Origin: Phoronis australis
Taxonomy: Eukaryota; Animalia; Phoronida
Direction of reading: 5' to 3'
NCBI GenBank assembly: GCA_002633005.1
Contig: NMRA01000057.1
Location: 956,005-1,020,004, forward strand
DNA: 64,000 nt
The translations under genes and the position numbers were made by a program. Position 1 is the stretch's first letter. Every line of letters begins with the position of its first letter. The notes below the pieces were generated by a model. It was given only the letters and a program-made list of their open reading frames with translations. It made no database searches and had not been told where the DNA came from. Below, piece by piece: positions 38,097-52,030 of the stretch.

Positions 38097-39165
38097 AGAG
38101 TTTGGTTCACAGCTATTTAGTTGTAGTTAATATGTATACACATGTGTTGACTGTTAATAAAGATTGCTTATAAACCACATTTCTTTTTATTTCATACCCC
38201 ATATTCTTCCATTATTCGTTTAAAACATGCTCCCACTTCCCCACAAAATTTTGAGAACAGAAAATTTTCAACTTCGGCTATCTTCGGAAACACGTCACAT
38301 CAGGAACACATCAGGAATTCCTGACCCGATCACTGCCGAGTCTGTCCATAAGTTTGTACTCTTGGCTGGGACTATCTGGCACAAATGGAATCGGGTATCA
38401 ATGAACTTGAACACGAAAAAACAATAATAATAATAATTTCCTGTGACTCTAGACCACGTCGGACATGATAATAATTTTCCCTGTCGTCCGTACATAGACT
38501 ATCCGTTTTTATTACTTTTATAGTTTGGTTTTCACTTGCCGTCCTTATTGAAGTTTGTACATGTACTATGTCAGTTTGCCTCCTTCAGTTATGTGCCGTT
38601 TTGTGGTGTGTTCTTTTGTATTGCACTGCCTTGCATTGTACTGCTTTATGTTGTGTTGATTTGTACGTGTGATTACTCTTATGATTAATTTGTGTTAAAT
38701 AAACAAATCAATCAGTAAATATATCAACTGATTATTCTGACAAAGTGATTGTATCGACTATTAAATTTAGCATCGATATTTTTGGCATTCAAAGCAATCG
38801 TGACANCACAAGACCATGCGCATATGTGTCACATTTCAGAGAATTAATTGGCAAAAGTTGCATAATAAACCCATTCTAACAAACAGAAAGCTTCCATTTG
38901 TGCCAGATAGTCCCAGTACAAACCTATGGACAGACTCGGCAGTGATCGGGTCCGCTTCCGGACGTGACGTGTTTCCGAAGATAGCCGAAGTTGAAAATTT
39001 TCTGTTCTCGAAATTTTGTGAGGAAGTGGGAGCGTGTTTTAAACGAATAATAGAAGAATATGGGGTGTGAAATAAAAAGAAATGTGGTTTATAAGCAATC
39101 TTTATTAACAGTCAGCACATGTGTATACATATCAACTACAAATAAATAGCTGTGAATCGACCTCT
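38097..39165. mobile_element. TTAA-flanked non-autonomous DNA transposon with ~280-bp TIRs (Kolobok/piggyBac-like)
   Basis: TTAA at 38093-38096 and 39166-39169, termini AGAG...CTCT. 38097-38390 is the imperfect reverse complement of 38892-39165. N at 38808. Confidence 0.65.
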
Positions 39166-39169
39166 TTAA

Positions 39170-39877
39170 AGAGGTCGATTCACAGCTATTTAGTTGTAGT
39201 TAATATGTATACACATGTGCTGACTGTTAATAAAGTTTGCTTGTAAACCACATTTCTTTTTATTTCATATCCCATATTCTTCCATTATTCGTTTAAAACA
39301 CGCTCCCACTTCCCCACAAAATTTTGAGAACAGAAAATTTTCAACTTCGGCTATCTTCGGAAACACGTCACATTAGGAACACATCAGGAATTCCTGACCC
39401 GATCACTGCCGAGTCTGTCCATAAGTTTGTACTCTTGGCTGGGACTATCTGGCACAAATGGAATCGGGTATCAATGACCTTGAGCACGAAAAAACAATAA
39501 TAATAATAATTTCCTGTGACTCTAGACCACGTCGGACATGATAATAGTTTTCCCTGTCGTCCGTACATAGACTGTCCGTTTTTATTACTTTTATAGTTTG
39601 GTTTTCACTTGCCGTCCTTATTGAAGTTTGTACATGTACTATGTCAGTTTGCCTCCTGCAGTTATGTGCCGTTTTGTGGTGTGTTCTTTTGTATTGCACT
39701 GCCTTGCATTGTACTGCTTTATGTTGTGTTGATTTGTACGTGTGATTACTCTTATGATTAATTTGTGTTAAATAAACAAATCAATCAGTAAATATATCAA
39801 CTGATTATTCTGACAAAGTGATTGTATCGACTATTAAATTTAGCATCGATATTTTTGGCATTCAAAGCAATCGTGAC
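39170..39877. mobile_element. Second tandem, 3'-truncated copy of the same TTAA element
   Basis: Near-identical direct repeat of 38097-38806 beginning straight after the shared TTAA. Confidence 0.65.
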
Positions 39878-41129
39878 AACGAGGGAAATTTCTAAGAAAT
39901 TTGGACAACGCCGTAATGACACAGTGATTTGCAAGAAACGGGTATTTTTTAAAATTTGAGTGAAGAGCCTTATTAAAAGTGACAAAGTGCATAGCAAGAT
40001 AAAACCATCCTACCGATTAGTGAACAGGTGTAGGTGAAATATTACCAAGTGAGGTTTTAGTATTTATTGCGCTGGAGTTATAAAGTTGGCGCTCTACCTT
40101 CATTTTGTTAAGATATTAATATGACATTTACAAGTGATCCAGGAATTTCCAATACAGATTAGTGAAAATTATGTGGTGCATGGAGATCAAGGACTGTTTT
40201 CCCTATAAGTTTCTCATACTGTAGACGAAGAGCAAAATTTCCTTATATAATATTTTGCGAAAAATTTGCAAAATAAAGGAATTGCTAGCTGCCTTAAGTG
40301 AAAGCCGTAGTCATATCTTACCATTGCAAATTACAATGAACGTGTGTAGGCTACACTATAAAATGTTTTGAATTGTACAACACTACGTTAAGATATATTT
40401 GTTACAATAATAAGCACATTCCACATACCTGTCCGTGTCTGTGCTCAGGTAAACTACTGCTCAAAAAAGGTACCACAGTATCACCACTCAAAAAACGAGC
40501 ACTATGTGGCCATCCGATAGAGGTCAGGGAACGGCTAGGCAACGATTGGTTGCGCTTGTGGAGCCTACGTCAGCGCAGCAAGCAATCTTTTCATTGACTT
40601 TGTGCGCTAGTAACTGAAAAAGCCCGTATGTTATTTTGACTGCAATGCCTTTATTTCCAGAGAATGACGGGAATATACAACAGACATGACAGTCAACTGG
40701 AGAATTTTCCATTACACCACTGAGATTCCTTTTGCCCTCATACAATTTTTAATGCCTATTCACCACGTCCTTTGTATTCAAGCTACAGCATGAAGCGGAA
40801 AGGTAATCGCAGCACTGTGGTGGTTGTTTCAACACCAAAATCATAGGTTTTTCTGACATTTGCAATGAGTTACAGCCTGAAATGTCGAAAGTACGGGTTT
40901 GGCGACATTTTATATATTACAAAATAACTAAAAACGGTAATTTGGGTTCACCTTGACAAGAGCCATTTACCAAACATTTTTATACATTTATTGCCCAGAA
41001 AATAGTACGTTTATTGATTTTAAATAAATTTCATACTGTTTTCGTCATTTTACTTTCAACATTCAGATTTACTTTAATTATTTTGTTTCTTACAGGGCTG
41101 CTATCTTTTGATTTTATGTTTATACTTTA

Positions 41130-41990
41130 AGTGCCAAAACAGTGAAGCGCTCTCTCGTAGGCCTCGCGGTAGACCAATGCTCGTAACAGGATGAAAGGCT
41201 GGGATTTGGAGCCACGTCTGTGACATGATATCGTAGAGATTGTGATCGAGGGCGATACCGGGTGAGCTCCTGGGTGAATGAGCAAATGAAAGGCCACACA
41301 GGGCTCCACAAATGGCGCTACCAGCATCAGAGGACGGCTTCTGTATCATACAGACTATACGTGATGCTGCCTGGGGCATCTTGTGCATGTGTGTCCATAC
41401 ACTGAGCACCCGTCCTTGCGGGCAGGCACTGAGGCTCGCTGGCCATGGCCTGGTTGAGCACAGTGGTGGCAGGTGGGAAGATCCGCCGTCTTGATGGGTT
41501 GTGTTGAGGTTTAGATGTCGGCCGTCGATTACCCCGTCGGGAACTGCTGACGACGTCGACTGCATGCGCATCGACCAGGCGAGAGACAGCTTGCTTGCCA
41601 AACTCCTTCACTTCTATGAGGCAAAGCGTCTCCTCGAGTGTCATGTTCTTGTTGTGTTGCCGAGTAGGTCCATTTGGGCGTCAGGCTCTCACAGCCAACA
41701 CGATAGAGCATCCCGATCGAAGGATGACATCTATATAGGCCTAGTTGACAGTGGCGCTGCATGAGGGACACAGGAGCTCAGATGCCGACCTGGCCCCAGA
41801 GTTGGACACCGAAGGCCCGGATGGGTTCGTCTTGTTCTTGGCGCTTGTTGTGGAGTGCTACTCGTGCTACCATGGTATTTTTCTCCCACACATCGAGGTG
41901 ACGAATGACCTCCATGATGGCATCTACGGGAGATCTGTGAGAGTTCCAACTTTGTTGCGTGGCATGTTGTCTTCTGAGGGACTCCTCGCA
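41130..41990 (-). mobile_element. Decayed Gypsy-type LTR retrotransposon gag fragment
   Basis: VARVALHNKRQEQDEPIRAFG...MTLEETLCLIEVKEFGK, plus a double zinc knuckle CHHCAQPGH...CSVYGHTCTRCPRQHH. Stops and frameshifts present. Confidence 0.7.
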
Positions 41991-41994
41991 ACAC

Positions 41995-44030
41995 TTGTAT
42001 GAACTAACAACGTGACGTTAACCAGGCGGATTATGTGTTCATCAAGTTGTATATTACGGTGTTTATTGTAGGCAGGGCAAATCTCTACCAGATGTTGAGG
42101 AGTCTCGGCCTCCAAGCCACAGTTGGGACCAAATGAACATGCCATGTGACCTGTGATGTTACAGTGTCGAGCTACACGTAGGTTGCAGTGTCCAGTAATA
42201 ACCTGGATCAGCTGCCTTATAGCAAGCCTATCTTAACATAAGTTTCCTTGAACCTTTTCGTTCAATAGGACTTGGAAAAAGTTGTTTCGTTTGTCTGCTG
42301 GAGGATAGCTTTCTCCATGCATCTTCGGGTAGTTTGAGCACCCAGTGTCTTACCTTTGCACTGCAGCACCTATAGGCAACTGGTATGCAAGGTTCTGGTA
42401 AAAAAAGGGTGAACTTGTTCCTTCTTTTGCAAGGTTATCAGCAGCTTCGTTACCGACAATGCCAACATATGGGCTTTAGCCAGTTCACCTGGACAATTCC
42501 ACTAGCTGATAGGTGGTTAACCTCGTTTACACAGACCTGGACACAACGGGAGTCGATCTTGGACTTACATGTAGTTAGAGCTTTGATATCTGCTTGGCTG
42601 TCTGAGAGTATGAACAGTTCCTTGTTGTCAAGGACTGCTTCATGCTCCCTTGCCAGTTGGGCAGCCTGGAGGACTGTAACGGTGTTACCCAATGAGATCT
42701 AGCTTTCTTTGTCGGCGCCTTCAAGGTCTGTAAAGTAGATTCCTGACCAAGAATTCTGTTGTCAAGTTTAGAGCCATCAGTGTAACAAACGCACTGCTGG
42801 TCATTGAAATCAACGATTTCGTGATCATCTCTGTGTAAAAATTGTGTCTGTGATTTCGGGTCGTCACTAAAACATCACTTGACATAATTGCCAAAAGTGT
42901 TCCAGTTTCTGACAGTAGCCTGTTGCAAACATTAATATGGCTCTTGTGAGCAACAGTATCAGTGATTCGCACATCACTCCACTGCCCATTACACCTCGTA
43001 AGGTAAGCTGCAATCACAGCTTTACCGCTGAGGTAAATATGCAAGGGTGACAAACCAATAAGCAATTCCATTGGAGCTGTAGGTGTCCCCGGAAAAGCAG
43101 AAGTAACACACAAGCAAGCTTAACGCTGTATTTGTGCCAGTTTAGTTCTAACAGTGCTCTTTTCAAGATATATGTTATCCATATTGATGCCGCGAAAGCT
43201 AACATCAGTCTGATAACACCAATGTAGATCCTGAGAGAATTCTTGGAGGAGGGTCCCACGTTTTACCCCTCACTCGGCTACACCTTACCCGGGGTCGCCT
43301 TGGCCTTGATTATATTGTCCATCATGTGAGGTGTCCAAGTAACACCTACATATGTAGGTGACTTTTTCTCGAGGTGGGAGTTCAGTACCATAGAGCTTTA
43401 ATAGTCTTACATTCCACTTCCGCTTCCAGGTGAACATCACCACTGTTTTACTTCTATTGACTTCCAATCCAACTGTCTCGGTCCATCTGGTAGTAATATT
43501 AAGTGCCTTCTGGACAATGCTGCGGCATGTGCAAGCATCAACATTTGACACACAGAAGACAATGTCATCAGCGTAGGCATGTGCAACTAGACCTTGCCCA
43601 ATGTTAGCCAACAGCTGCCTTAACACGCAGTCCATGATCATATTGAAGAGTGCAGGTGAAAGCGGTACCACCTTGTGGAGTACCTCTAGTGAGACGGACA
43701 GTCCCACTAGCTCCTTCAAGCTTAGCTGTTTCAGTCTGACTGCTCAGTATACTTCAGCTTATAAGCCCTTTGTCAATCCAAAGTTGAACAAGTGCATTAC
43801 AGATAGCCACATGTTTAATGTAGTTGAAGGCACTAACAATGTCAATGAAACTGCCAAGAGCAAATGTTTTATTGTATACAGCATTTTCAGACTGTCTGAC
43901 AAGGTGATGAAGAGCAGTCTTTATAGAAAATCGGACTGGTTAGGTGCAGGCATCTGCTTTCGGCTCCGTGATATCTGTTTTACACCGGGATTCCAATGTT
44001 GTTGGAACACCGTGAGTATGGGGGATCGTT
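41995..44030 (-). mobile_element. Decayed non-LTR retrotransposon with RT, RNase H and C-terminal zinc finger (I/R1 group, LOA-like)
   Basis: FIDIVSAFN, LSPALFN, YADD (43564-43575), TPTAPMELLIGLSPLH, RNase H SDSQA and HVGIVGNEAADNLAK, ITGHC, CGLEAETPQHLVEICP. Many frameshifts. Confidence 0.88.
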
Positions 44031-46843
44031 ACGATTGAAGTAAACTGAACAGAAATTATAACCAAGTTTGATGGTTTTGTTGCTAGCGTGGACTATCGCC
44101 CACCATTCTAAAAGTACGGAAAACCAATTAACATTAACATTAACAAAGCAACTTCTTTTTATCACAATGTTCGTCGGTTTGAAAAAAGGCTTTATTTCTG
44201 CACTTGTGGACAGTTATATTTCATGTCATCACTTTCCCTTGATCTTGATCTTGATATTCGGCTAAAACGTGTCAGCAGTGACACTAAAAGCGAATATTGT
44301 TTTTCATTCCACAAAGTTGTCACGTGATTTCCAGACAAAAATCAAGTATAATTAACCATTACATGAGCTTTCTAAAAAACACAGCCGACCTCCTTAAGAG
44401 GGTATATCAGCATTACCTATCAACGCAGACAGGGTGCAAAACATTGTATGGCGCATATGATCTTCCGCCCAATAGTAGTTGCTGATCAACGCTTTGAAAA
44501 TCGAATGGTTTGTTTGTGATGGTGGACTTCATGGCGCTTGGGCGACAAGTTGTGCCAGACCATTGAAGGGGGTGACAGATGAATTCGACTTAGCCAAACT
44601 CGCCCACCCCCAGGTTGCCACCACTTCTTACGTCATTCGGTCGTCGCCAATATTTCGACCTACGGCCTGTTTGATTCTAAAACATCGGCTTCATCAACCT
44701 TTGTTAAAATTCACCGAAAATTCAAATTTTTTGGCAAATTTGCGAAAATCATCGACTCAAAGTTTAAAATTTGAGATTGATCTTCCCGTGTTTCAACCTT
44801 CATCAAAATTCTGAAAATTCGCTTTTTTACAAGATTTGTTTATTATAGTTCATGTAATTACTCACTCTCGTTCATGGATGTATTTCCATGTCAAATGATG
44901 TCGTATGGATTGCGCAAGCTATTGTTTACTTTGCGAGACCCATGCGATAGGCGCAAGTGCGTCGCATGGTTATCACCTGTGGGACGCTAGCACCTTTTTC
45001 CTTTGTTGTGTCTGTGTTGGATGTAACAATACAGGTCGCACGGATATCGTCCCTTGGGCGCACATCAATCTGTATGTCTTCCTCGACACCGCTTAATCTT
45101 AGGCTTGTACTTTTGCGTAAGATTGAATGCACTGTTGATAATGTCATGTGGGTCCCTAAAATAGCCAAATTTGGCTACAGTTAGAACCTCGTATCTCAGA
45201 AATGCTTGTTGAGATTTAAATGAACTTTCAGACAATATGCTGTATGTACTGTTCTCCAAAAAATGGGCGGGAAAATAAAATCGTATCTTAGGCCATTCAA
45301 TCTTACGCTTGTATTTGACGGGCACAAAAATACAAGCGTAACTAAATTAAGAGCATAAAAATACGAGCGTATAGCTTCTTCAGAGCTTACAGATTACGGT
45401 CCTAGAACACGAGCAAAGTCTAGCTCGCAATTCAGAGCGTAATTAAGGGTGATAATTTCCCGCAAGCGGCCCGACGATACTCGTAATCCAACTATGTACC
45501 ACGATTTAAAGCCTGTTACAAAAACCAAACAAAACTACCTGTATCGTCCGAAACCTAAAGCATCTTTTTGTTAATATATATAAATATTGCATTTCGTGTT
45601 TTGAAAATGGTCCCCACAAAACTTTTCTCAAGGAATCCAATTCCAAAAGACAAACACTGCCAAAGATCGCCAGGTTCAGTTCACGAAGTCATCACTAATG
45701 CTTCACAGAAAACGACCTTGGATGGGAGCGTCTGATAAACAGGCATTTGGACTGCATGACAGTGGCTCTTGCACACTATAAATACATTTCATGCTTACAT
45801 CCACAGATAAATTGAAGAAAATTACCATACATTTTCGGCTTCTCAGTTATTACGGTTGAAGCCTTCATGAGTAGGATGTCCTGCCGCTAGATGTCACTGT
45901 CCGTAACACAAGGTTATACCAAAAGGAGTGCACAAGTACTTCAACACTCCTTGGTTATACCTACGACTGAGCCTGTAAGCACCATCGTCCCTGTTCAGAA
46001 GATTACGCTGTTGTAAATTGCCAACCGACTCCTTGATTCTTTTGCATAAACAATAGATTATGAAGTACCAGGTGCCTTGAAATGAGGAAAGTTTCTGATG
46101 AACATTATATTTTAAAGATTATTTTTGTATCATTCCGTAATTATGATTCACCTATTGTTTTGTCTATTTGTTCACGTAAAGGCCTTCTTGCATTTCAAAG
46201 GGCATCGATGACTTTCAGTGTCTACTCAGTGAGGAACTTAGGAATGTCCGTCAAAAATTCTCCGTGATATTTGAAACACAGTTGGTTCTCGTCAAATGCT
46301 AGGCAAAGTAGAGTACATCTTCGATTTCATAGAAAAATTGTGACATTTCAGGTATAGATTGTTTGGGTCGACGCAAGTGACAGAGTGAACATGTTAATGT
46401 CATAAACTGGAAAATTTTTAAAGGTATTCTATTAAGAACTTCAGAAATTTAAAATTTTTCAAGTGAGATGCAATCTGGGACACTCGATCAAAATGCTCTT
46501 AAATACGCTCATAATCCTTAATAACAAGGCTGACACCGTTATTACCGGAATATTGTTAGCTGTTGGAGTGTCAGAGACACGCAGGTTAATAACTTTCTGG
46601 TATCATAACAATCTAAATGATTCATGAGTGGAGTTTATTTATTAAGAAAATCAATTTTACGTGCGCCATCGTCAACAATGCAGCACAATGGAAACGTTGT
46701 TCATCTTATTTATTATTCCATGAGGTTTTCAAAATTATATAGCTTCCACTTTTGAAAAAATCCAACGAATTTTGAATTCTAGAAATAGTTCACCTCCACA
46801 AAAGGCTAGACTATGTCCGATGAACGCGGAGCATTTCAGGTTG

Positions 46844-46900
46844 ATTATGTGATTCACAAGGCATTATGTGATTCACAAGGCATTATGTGATTCACAAGGC
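46844..46900. repeat. 19-bp tandem repeat x3
   Basis: attatgtgattcacaaggc repeated perfectly three times. Confidence 0.95.
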
Positions 46901-48508
46901 ACTCAACAACGGGCCACTGTTGTAAATAATATACACTGAGATACCCAACGGTAAACAATATAAATTCTCTACTGGTTGTCGCTAACCTCTGATTGCCAAC
47001 AGGTCTTCTATTAACGATAATCTGCGTCCTGTGGAAACATTAGAAACTTAATTCAAATTTACGAAACTCGACAACAACAGTCCAGATCAAAATGAAGAAT
47101 CTCGATCGTTAAATCGGATCGAAATCCTAATTAACAGTGATTACACGTTTCAATTTAACTATTTGTTTTCTTAACATAGTCCACCCCACACTGTACTCCA
47201 AATGGAACTCGAACTGCGTGGCATATTCTGTTCTTGCAAATTCAACTCGTCTGTAATCAAGCACATTATGCTTCATGCATACGAATTTCTAGTCCACGTT
47301 TGTACTTGATGACCCCTAAACCTGAGCTAAAAAATCGAATAAAAACTCGAAATTTTAGTAAAATTTCGTAATTTCGAGTTCAGACTTGAACTTTTGGCCT
47401 TAATGCTGGGGTTATCAAGTGCAAATTAAGTTGTCCACGTAAACCATTATTTAGTCGAGCATTGTCCTTATGGATCAGCATGCCCGTTCGTGTTGAATTT
47501 GTACAAGAATGTATATTTTCACAAGACCTAGTATCACCAACACCAATTCTGTAGCTTCAGTCGTGAATATATTCTGATTTTTTATGGAAACTTCATTTTA
47601 GCTCTGCAAGCAGTTTAATTTTAAGAAAATTGTATTTTCCTTCCGAAATTCAAATCAACTTGCAGTACATCAAAACATCTTACTGCGGATAACTATGAAT
47701 ATGCTCTATTTATTGGGATGATCAAAATGAGAAGTCCCAGTTCATGTCTAATTTGATGACACTGAGATTGATTTGTCACTTGGAATTCCATGGTCCAGTT
47801 TGATTGTGATACGTTGAAAACGCACTCAGTTTATCAAGAGACATAGATGTTAGTTTAGTGTGCTAAAAAGGTCAGGACGTTCCTAAAAAGTCACAAAAGA
47901 GCTGGACGTATTGAAATGGTAAATCGCAATCATCATCGTGTGTTGAAAATATTTTCTAGGAAAAATAGAGAGCTTTCAAATGACACTTATTTGAAAAGAA
48001 CTGGTAAAACTAACTAGAGATATCGCAAGTTTGGTATTGCATTTCTCATTACTTCTAGAATATTAGTATTGTTTGGAATAGCACTTCCAAATTTCACCAC
48101 TTGGTAGCAGTGATGACGTCAGAAATGCTGCTTTAAAGATACTCTGTCCTTTACAATCACTAATTTAGAATACAGCATGACTTTCGTCAGTCAAAAGATA
48201 TCACTAAAACATATACATTTCGTAACTTTCGTCCCTCTTTGTATTTGCCTTATTTTACTATTAATTTCTAAGCGTTTTTAAAGAGTTGCCACTATTACCA
48301 TGTGTCTCAAAAAGAATTTTATTAATACATGTACATTTTAAGAGATTTAATAGCCTTTAGTACACTTGTTGCTGAGAAACAAGCCAACATTTTAAAAATA
48401 TTTTCTGTTATCGGGGTTGTGGAAGACCGACTTCGCCGTTGTTGATTACCAGTGCAATACTGAGGAGTTGTGAGGAAAATCCGCGGATAGTCGTCTTCTT
48501 CAGAAATC

Positions 48509-48697
48509 AAAAGGTGCGTTTGGGGAGGCTGTAGTAACAGCAACTTGACGGAAGACGTCTCTGCCTTCAAATTTCCTGAATACGTGAAAGTTGCACAGAA
48601 ATGGCATCGGTTTGTGCGCCGCACGAGAGTGTGGGACGTCAGTGTTTAAGACGCGATTCAGTCAGGAGCCACACTTTGATCGACACATTTCAAGGAA
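48509..48697 (+). pseudogene. THAP zinc-finger remnant, probably from a DNA transposase
   Basis: KRCVWGGCSNSNLTEDVSAFKFPEYVKVAQKWHRFVRRTRVW...L*STHF keeps the THAP C-x4-C, FP, W and (C)SxHF signature. In-frame stops at 48647 and 48677. Confidence 0.75.
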
Positions 48698-50977
48698 ACA
48701 CTGGTTTACTGTAGCCTCGAACTAACGTCCGAGCTGTAGCCTTTGCCAGTGATCATCAAGAGTGTGTTTTGCGAATATTGACCAGACCTTGGTTCAGGTG
48801 GTTGAGGCTCACATACATGTATACTGTATCTGCAGCATTTCTCGTGCAAGTGGGTCGAGTTCATACGACGTAGATCATAGTAAAATAGCACTGTACTTTA
48901 GTTCCTGCTATACTTTGGTATAGTTAGGACCATCACAGTCAAGTTCGACTGAACTATAATTTGTCTTAAAATCCGTTTTATGAAATTTTAAGCTAAACTG
49001 AAGCGGAAAAGGTATCTTTAGTTCCATCAGTTTAACTAAAAAACAAATTGTGTTTTGACAACCTATAAAACTGCTGTTTTCAGTGTCACCTCCTGATCTC
49101 TAATGTTTGTTCCTAATTCCTGTTTCATGTCTAGTTTCCAAATTAGAGGGAAAATTTAGTCAAACTTCGTGGAAATGTGAAAGTCAATAAATATGGGTCT
49201 TTCTTGGTTTCGTAATATACATTAAAATGATTTGTGACGTCAAAACAAATGTACAAAAGTGAAAACTGGTCGAATTTCTCAGCTATATTTTGCTCTCACG
49301 TGTAGGTAAGAATATGCGGAACCCGACATTTCTTCGAAACACGTCATTTTCCATTGAGCAAAGTGTATACTGAAGATCTTATCTGAGGTCAACGAATAAC
49401 GAATTAATGTCAGTCTAACTATTGTTGACTAATAATCGTTGTAAGCTAATCAGTCAATGTAACCAGAGATATCGATATGGGATTGAGTCCACTGACATGT
49501 AGATGCCGGGGTGCACTACGGGTTATGGGCCCCCTCGTCGCGTTCATTACAAGAAGCTCTCCTCCGTGGTAACCCATTCCATTCGCGTTTGCCTCACCTG
49601 TTCTTTGCAAAGTGTTCCAAGGTTGCTACTTGTTTGTTGAACCAGAAACTTGGTTATCAAAAGATATAATGTGTCAGTATTGAACTTCTGTATGGGTCAG
49701 TAGACGTTAACATAAAATAGATAGCTCGCGGATAAACTTGGGATAAACAAGCTAAAAGGTAAGCCTAGGTCAGGTCTAATGTGAAATTCTAGTGGTGGCG
49801 TATTCAATGGCCCAAAGCTGTAGCGGATTGTTCAGAACTACAGGCTTTGCATGATTTTACCGATTCGCCGCGATTATTAATTCGAATTTTTTCAGACTGA
49901 TGTGATTCAATCGGTTCATTAGCCTGAGACTGAAAACAGCATACACTCTCACTCTGTCAGTGCAGTGTCCCAGGCGACCCCTTCCCCCGGCTACCAGCTA
50001 CGGCACTGCAGAGCTCGTTCATTTTTACTGCACAATTTACATGCAATTGAAAAAATAACTGCCCGATATGTGTATATTTTCAGTCGCGCGCATATTTTAC
50101 GACCGGTAGCGTGAGGGAAACAATTAATTTGAATTTACGCCAAATGTGTCTGATTAATTACGAGTGCAATGAGCGTAGGTGCAGGAAAATGGCCCGGCCG
50201 GCTAATTCTTCGAAATGTTTAATTTAGTGCTGATATTCTCTGACTCTTGAGTCCGCATTAGATATCAGTGAACAGGTCATTGCTTTACAGGTCAACATCA
50301 CGGCTTTGCGTTAAATCTCTAACAATCTAACTTATGTACCACAGTTGAGGCTTCCAGTGAGGACATCACGCAAATCGTTTGTCAAGGTTGTAGGTCTACC
50401 ACTAATGCATTGATTTTAGCCCACGCTTGAGTAAACTTAGCACTGTCAGGAATGACTTTCTAGGAAGTCACGTGCGGAGTTCGTTGAATAAGCATCCAGT
50501 TTCTAGGAAGACTTTTTCATCCCGTGTTGCGCTATAAATAATTTGACGGTGACGGTGCAACACACGTACGTCAAGTGAAACTATATGGGCACACAATCCC
50601 AAAGGAATACGAAACCGTAAGTAATTGCATTTGAACCCGCGTTTAGTCATTCAAGTGGGGATCATGTGTATTTTAATTACCTACATTGAAATATAGGAAG
50701 ATTAAATTATTTTCAGATAATTATAACACTGACATGCATGGATGGCATACGCCTGGTCGCTAGATGGCGATAGAGAAGCTGGTTGACGGGTTTTCTATTC
50801 CTGCATGGATTCAATGCAGTTTTTATTTTGCAACGTCTATTCAATAAAAATCATTCCAAATATCATGCGTCAAACTGTCACTGTTGTGCAGTGAGATACT
50901 CAAACGATTCACACGATAATGTCTGATGTCTGTGAATGGAAGAAATTCCGTTTGGCCCCTGTCAAGCTACCCCGCTG

Positions 50978-51139
50978 CCTCATATTTAGGGGGGGGGGAC
51001 GGCCAATGGGGCTATGCTCCCCTAAAATTCTTCCAGACCCTATTTGGCAGTTTGGAGGTTCGATTGCTTGGCGGGCAAAATCCTGGCTAGTACTCTGCCC
51101 TGCCCCCTCCCCCAAGTCAAAATCCTGGATCCACACCTG
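50978..51139 (-). repeat. ~160-bp MITE-like repeat; opposite-orientation copy at 63789-63944
   Basis: Shared ggatccagga.ttt...cagggcagagta.tagccagga.tttgcccg.ca...ctgcca.at; CAG-type termini. Confidence 0.75.
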
Positions 51140-52022
51140 TGCTATGCACATCAATACCGTGAGACTCCTGAGGGTTATGCTGTATAATCGTAATATCGTT
51201 TCTTATTACCAAGCGACATGTATTCCCCCGCGTATGAGAAAATGATAAAACGTCGTTTTCTGAATAATCCAAACTACATATAAAATGGCTTTTGTAAGAA
51301 TTGTCGTCTGAGTGTGCGTTAATAATGCTGATTTGGATAAAGGAAATTAAATGTTATGTACATTGGTTCACTGAGAAAGACATACCTGGTAAAACCTTGC
51401 TGGCTGTATGCATAAATGAAGAGATAGCTCTCCGTAAAAGATACGATAATTGGTGTTCAATTTAATTTTACAGCAACCAAATCAACCGTTAGATTATTTA
51501 GTTCACCTCTTGGTCTACCGTATATATACTACCCTAGCTGGTATTGGTTCAACTGTACCAAGCAGTTGATTGAACAATTGTACACGTTCACTGGGATGGA
51601 CTCTGTAAGTCTCGTTTCGTATAGAAGTAATTCCTCAAATGAAATTCTCGACGAACGAAGTTACTTTTTTTCCAAGAAACGTACTTAAGTGCAGCCGCCA
51701 CGAACAATAAACGTTATCGCAACTAGTTATTGAATATAACTGGCTAAGGTTATTATTTGCTTTGACATACATTGCCATCCCGATTGAATGGCGTGACATA
51801 CATTGAATCCAAACAACAATTCAAGTAATATTTACCCCTATCGCGAAATGATTCATTCATTTTCTTACAAAGTTATATGTTGTTAACAATGCTATTACTT
51901 CAAATAAAGATTGCCATCTATCGACGGCTTGGTTATACTTCAAAAGCTAGCTTTCGGGTACAAAAACTAGGTTCTCGAAACACAACCGTGCCGCCGATAG
52001 ATAACAAACTTTATTTCGATGC

Positions 52023-52030
52023 TATATAAA
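52023..52030 (+). promoter_or_regulatory. Candidate viperin TATA box upstream of a non-coding first exon
   Basis: TATATAAA about 1.27 kb upstream of the ATG. Candidate donors gtaagg (52283) and gtaaga (52293); acceptor tttgtttcag ending at 53270. Confidence 0.35.

Noticed and set aside
40429-40560. 5' non-coding exon of the PLAC8-like gene (minus-strand CAG|gtatgt donor at 40428)
   Set aside because: Plausible but supported only by a single donor match; not listed as a feature without transcript data.
44926-45184. Overlapping short ORFs with moderate GC
   Set aside because: No recognisable motif, in particular nothing kinase-like, and no convincing exon chain.
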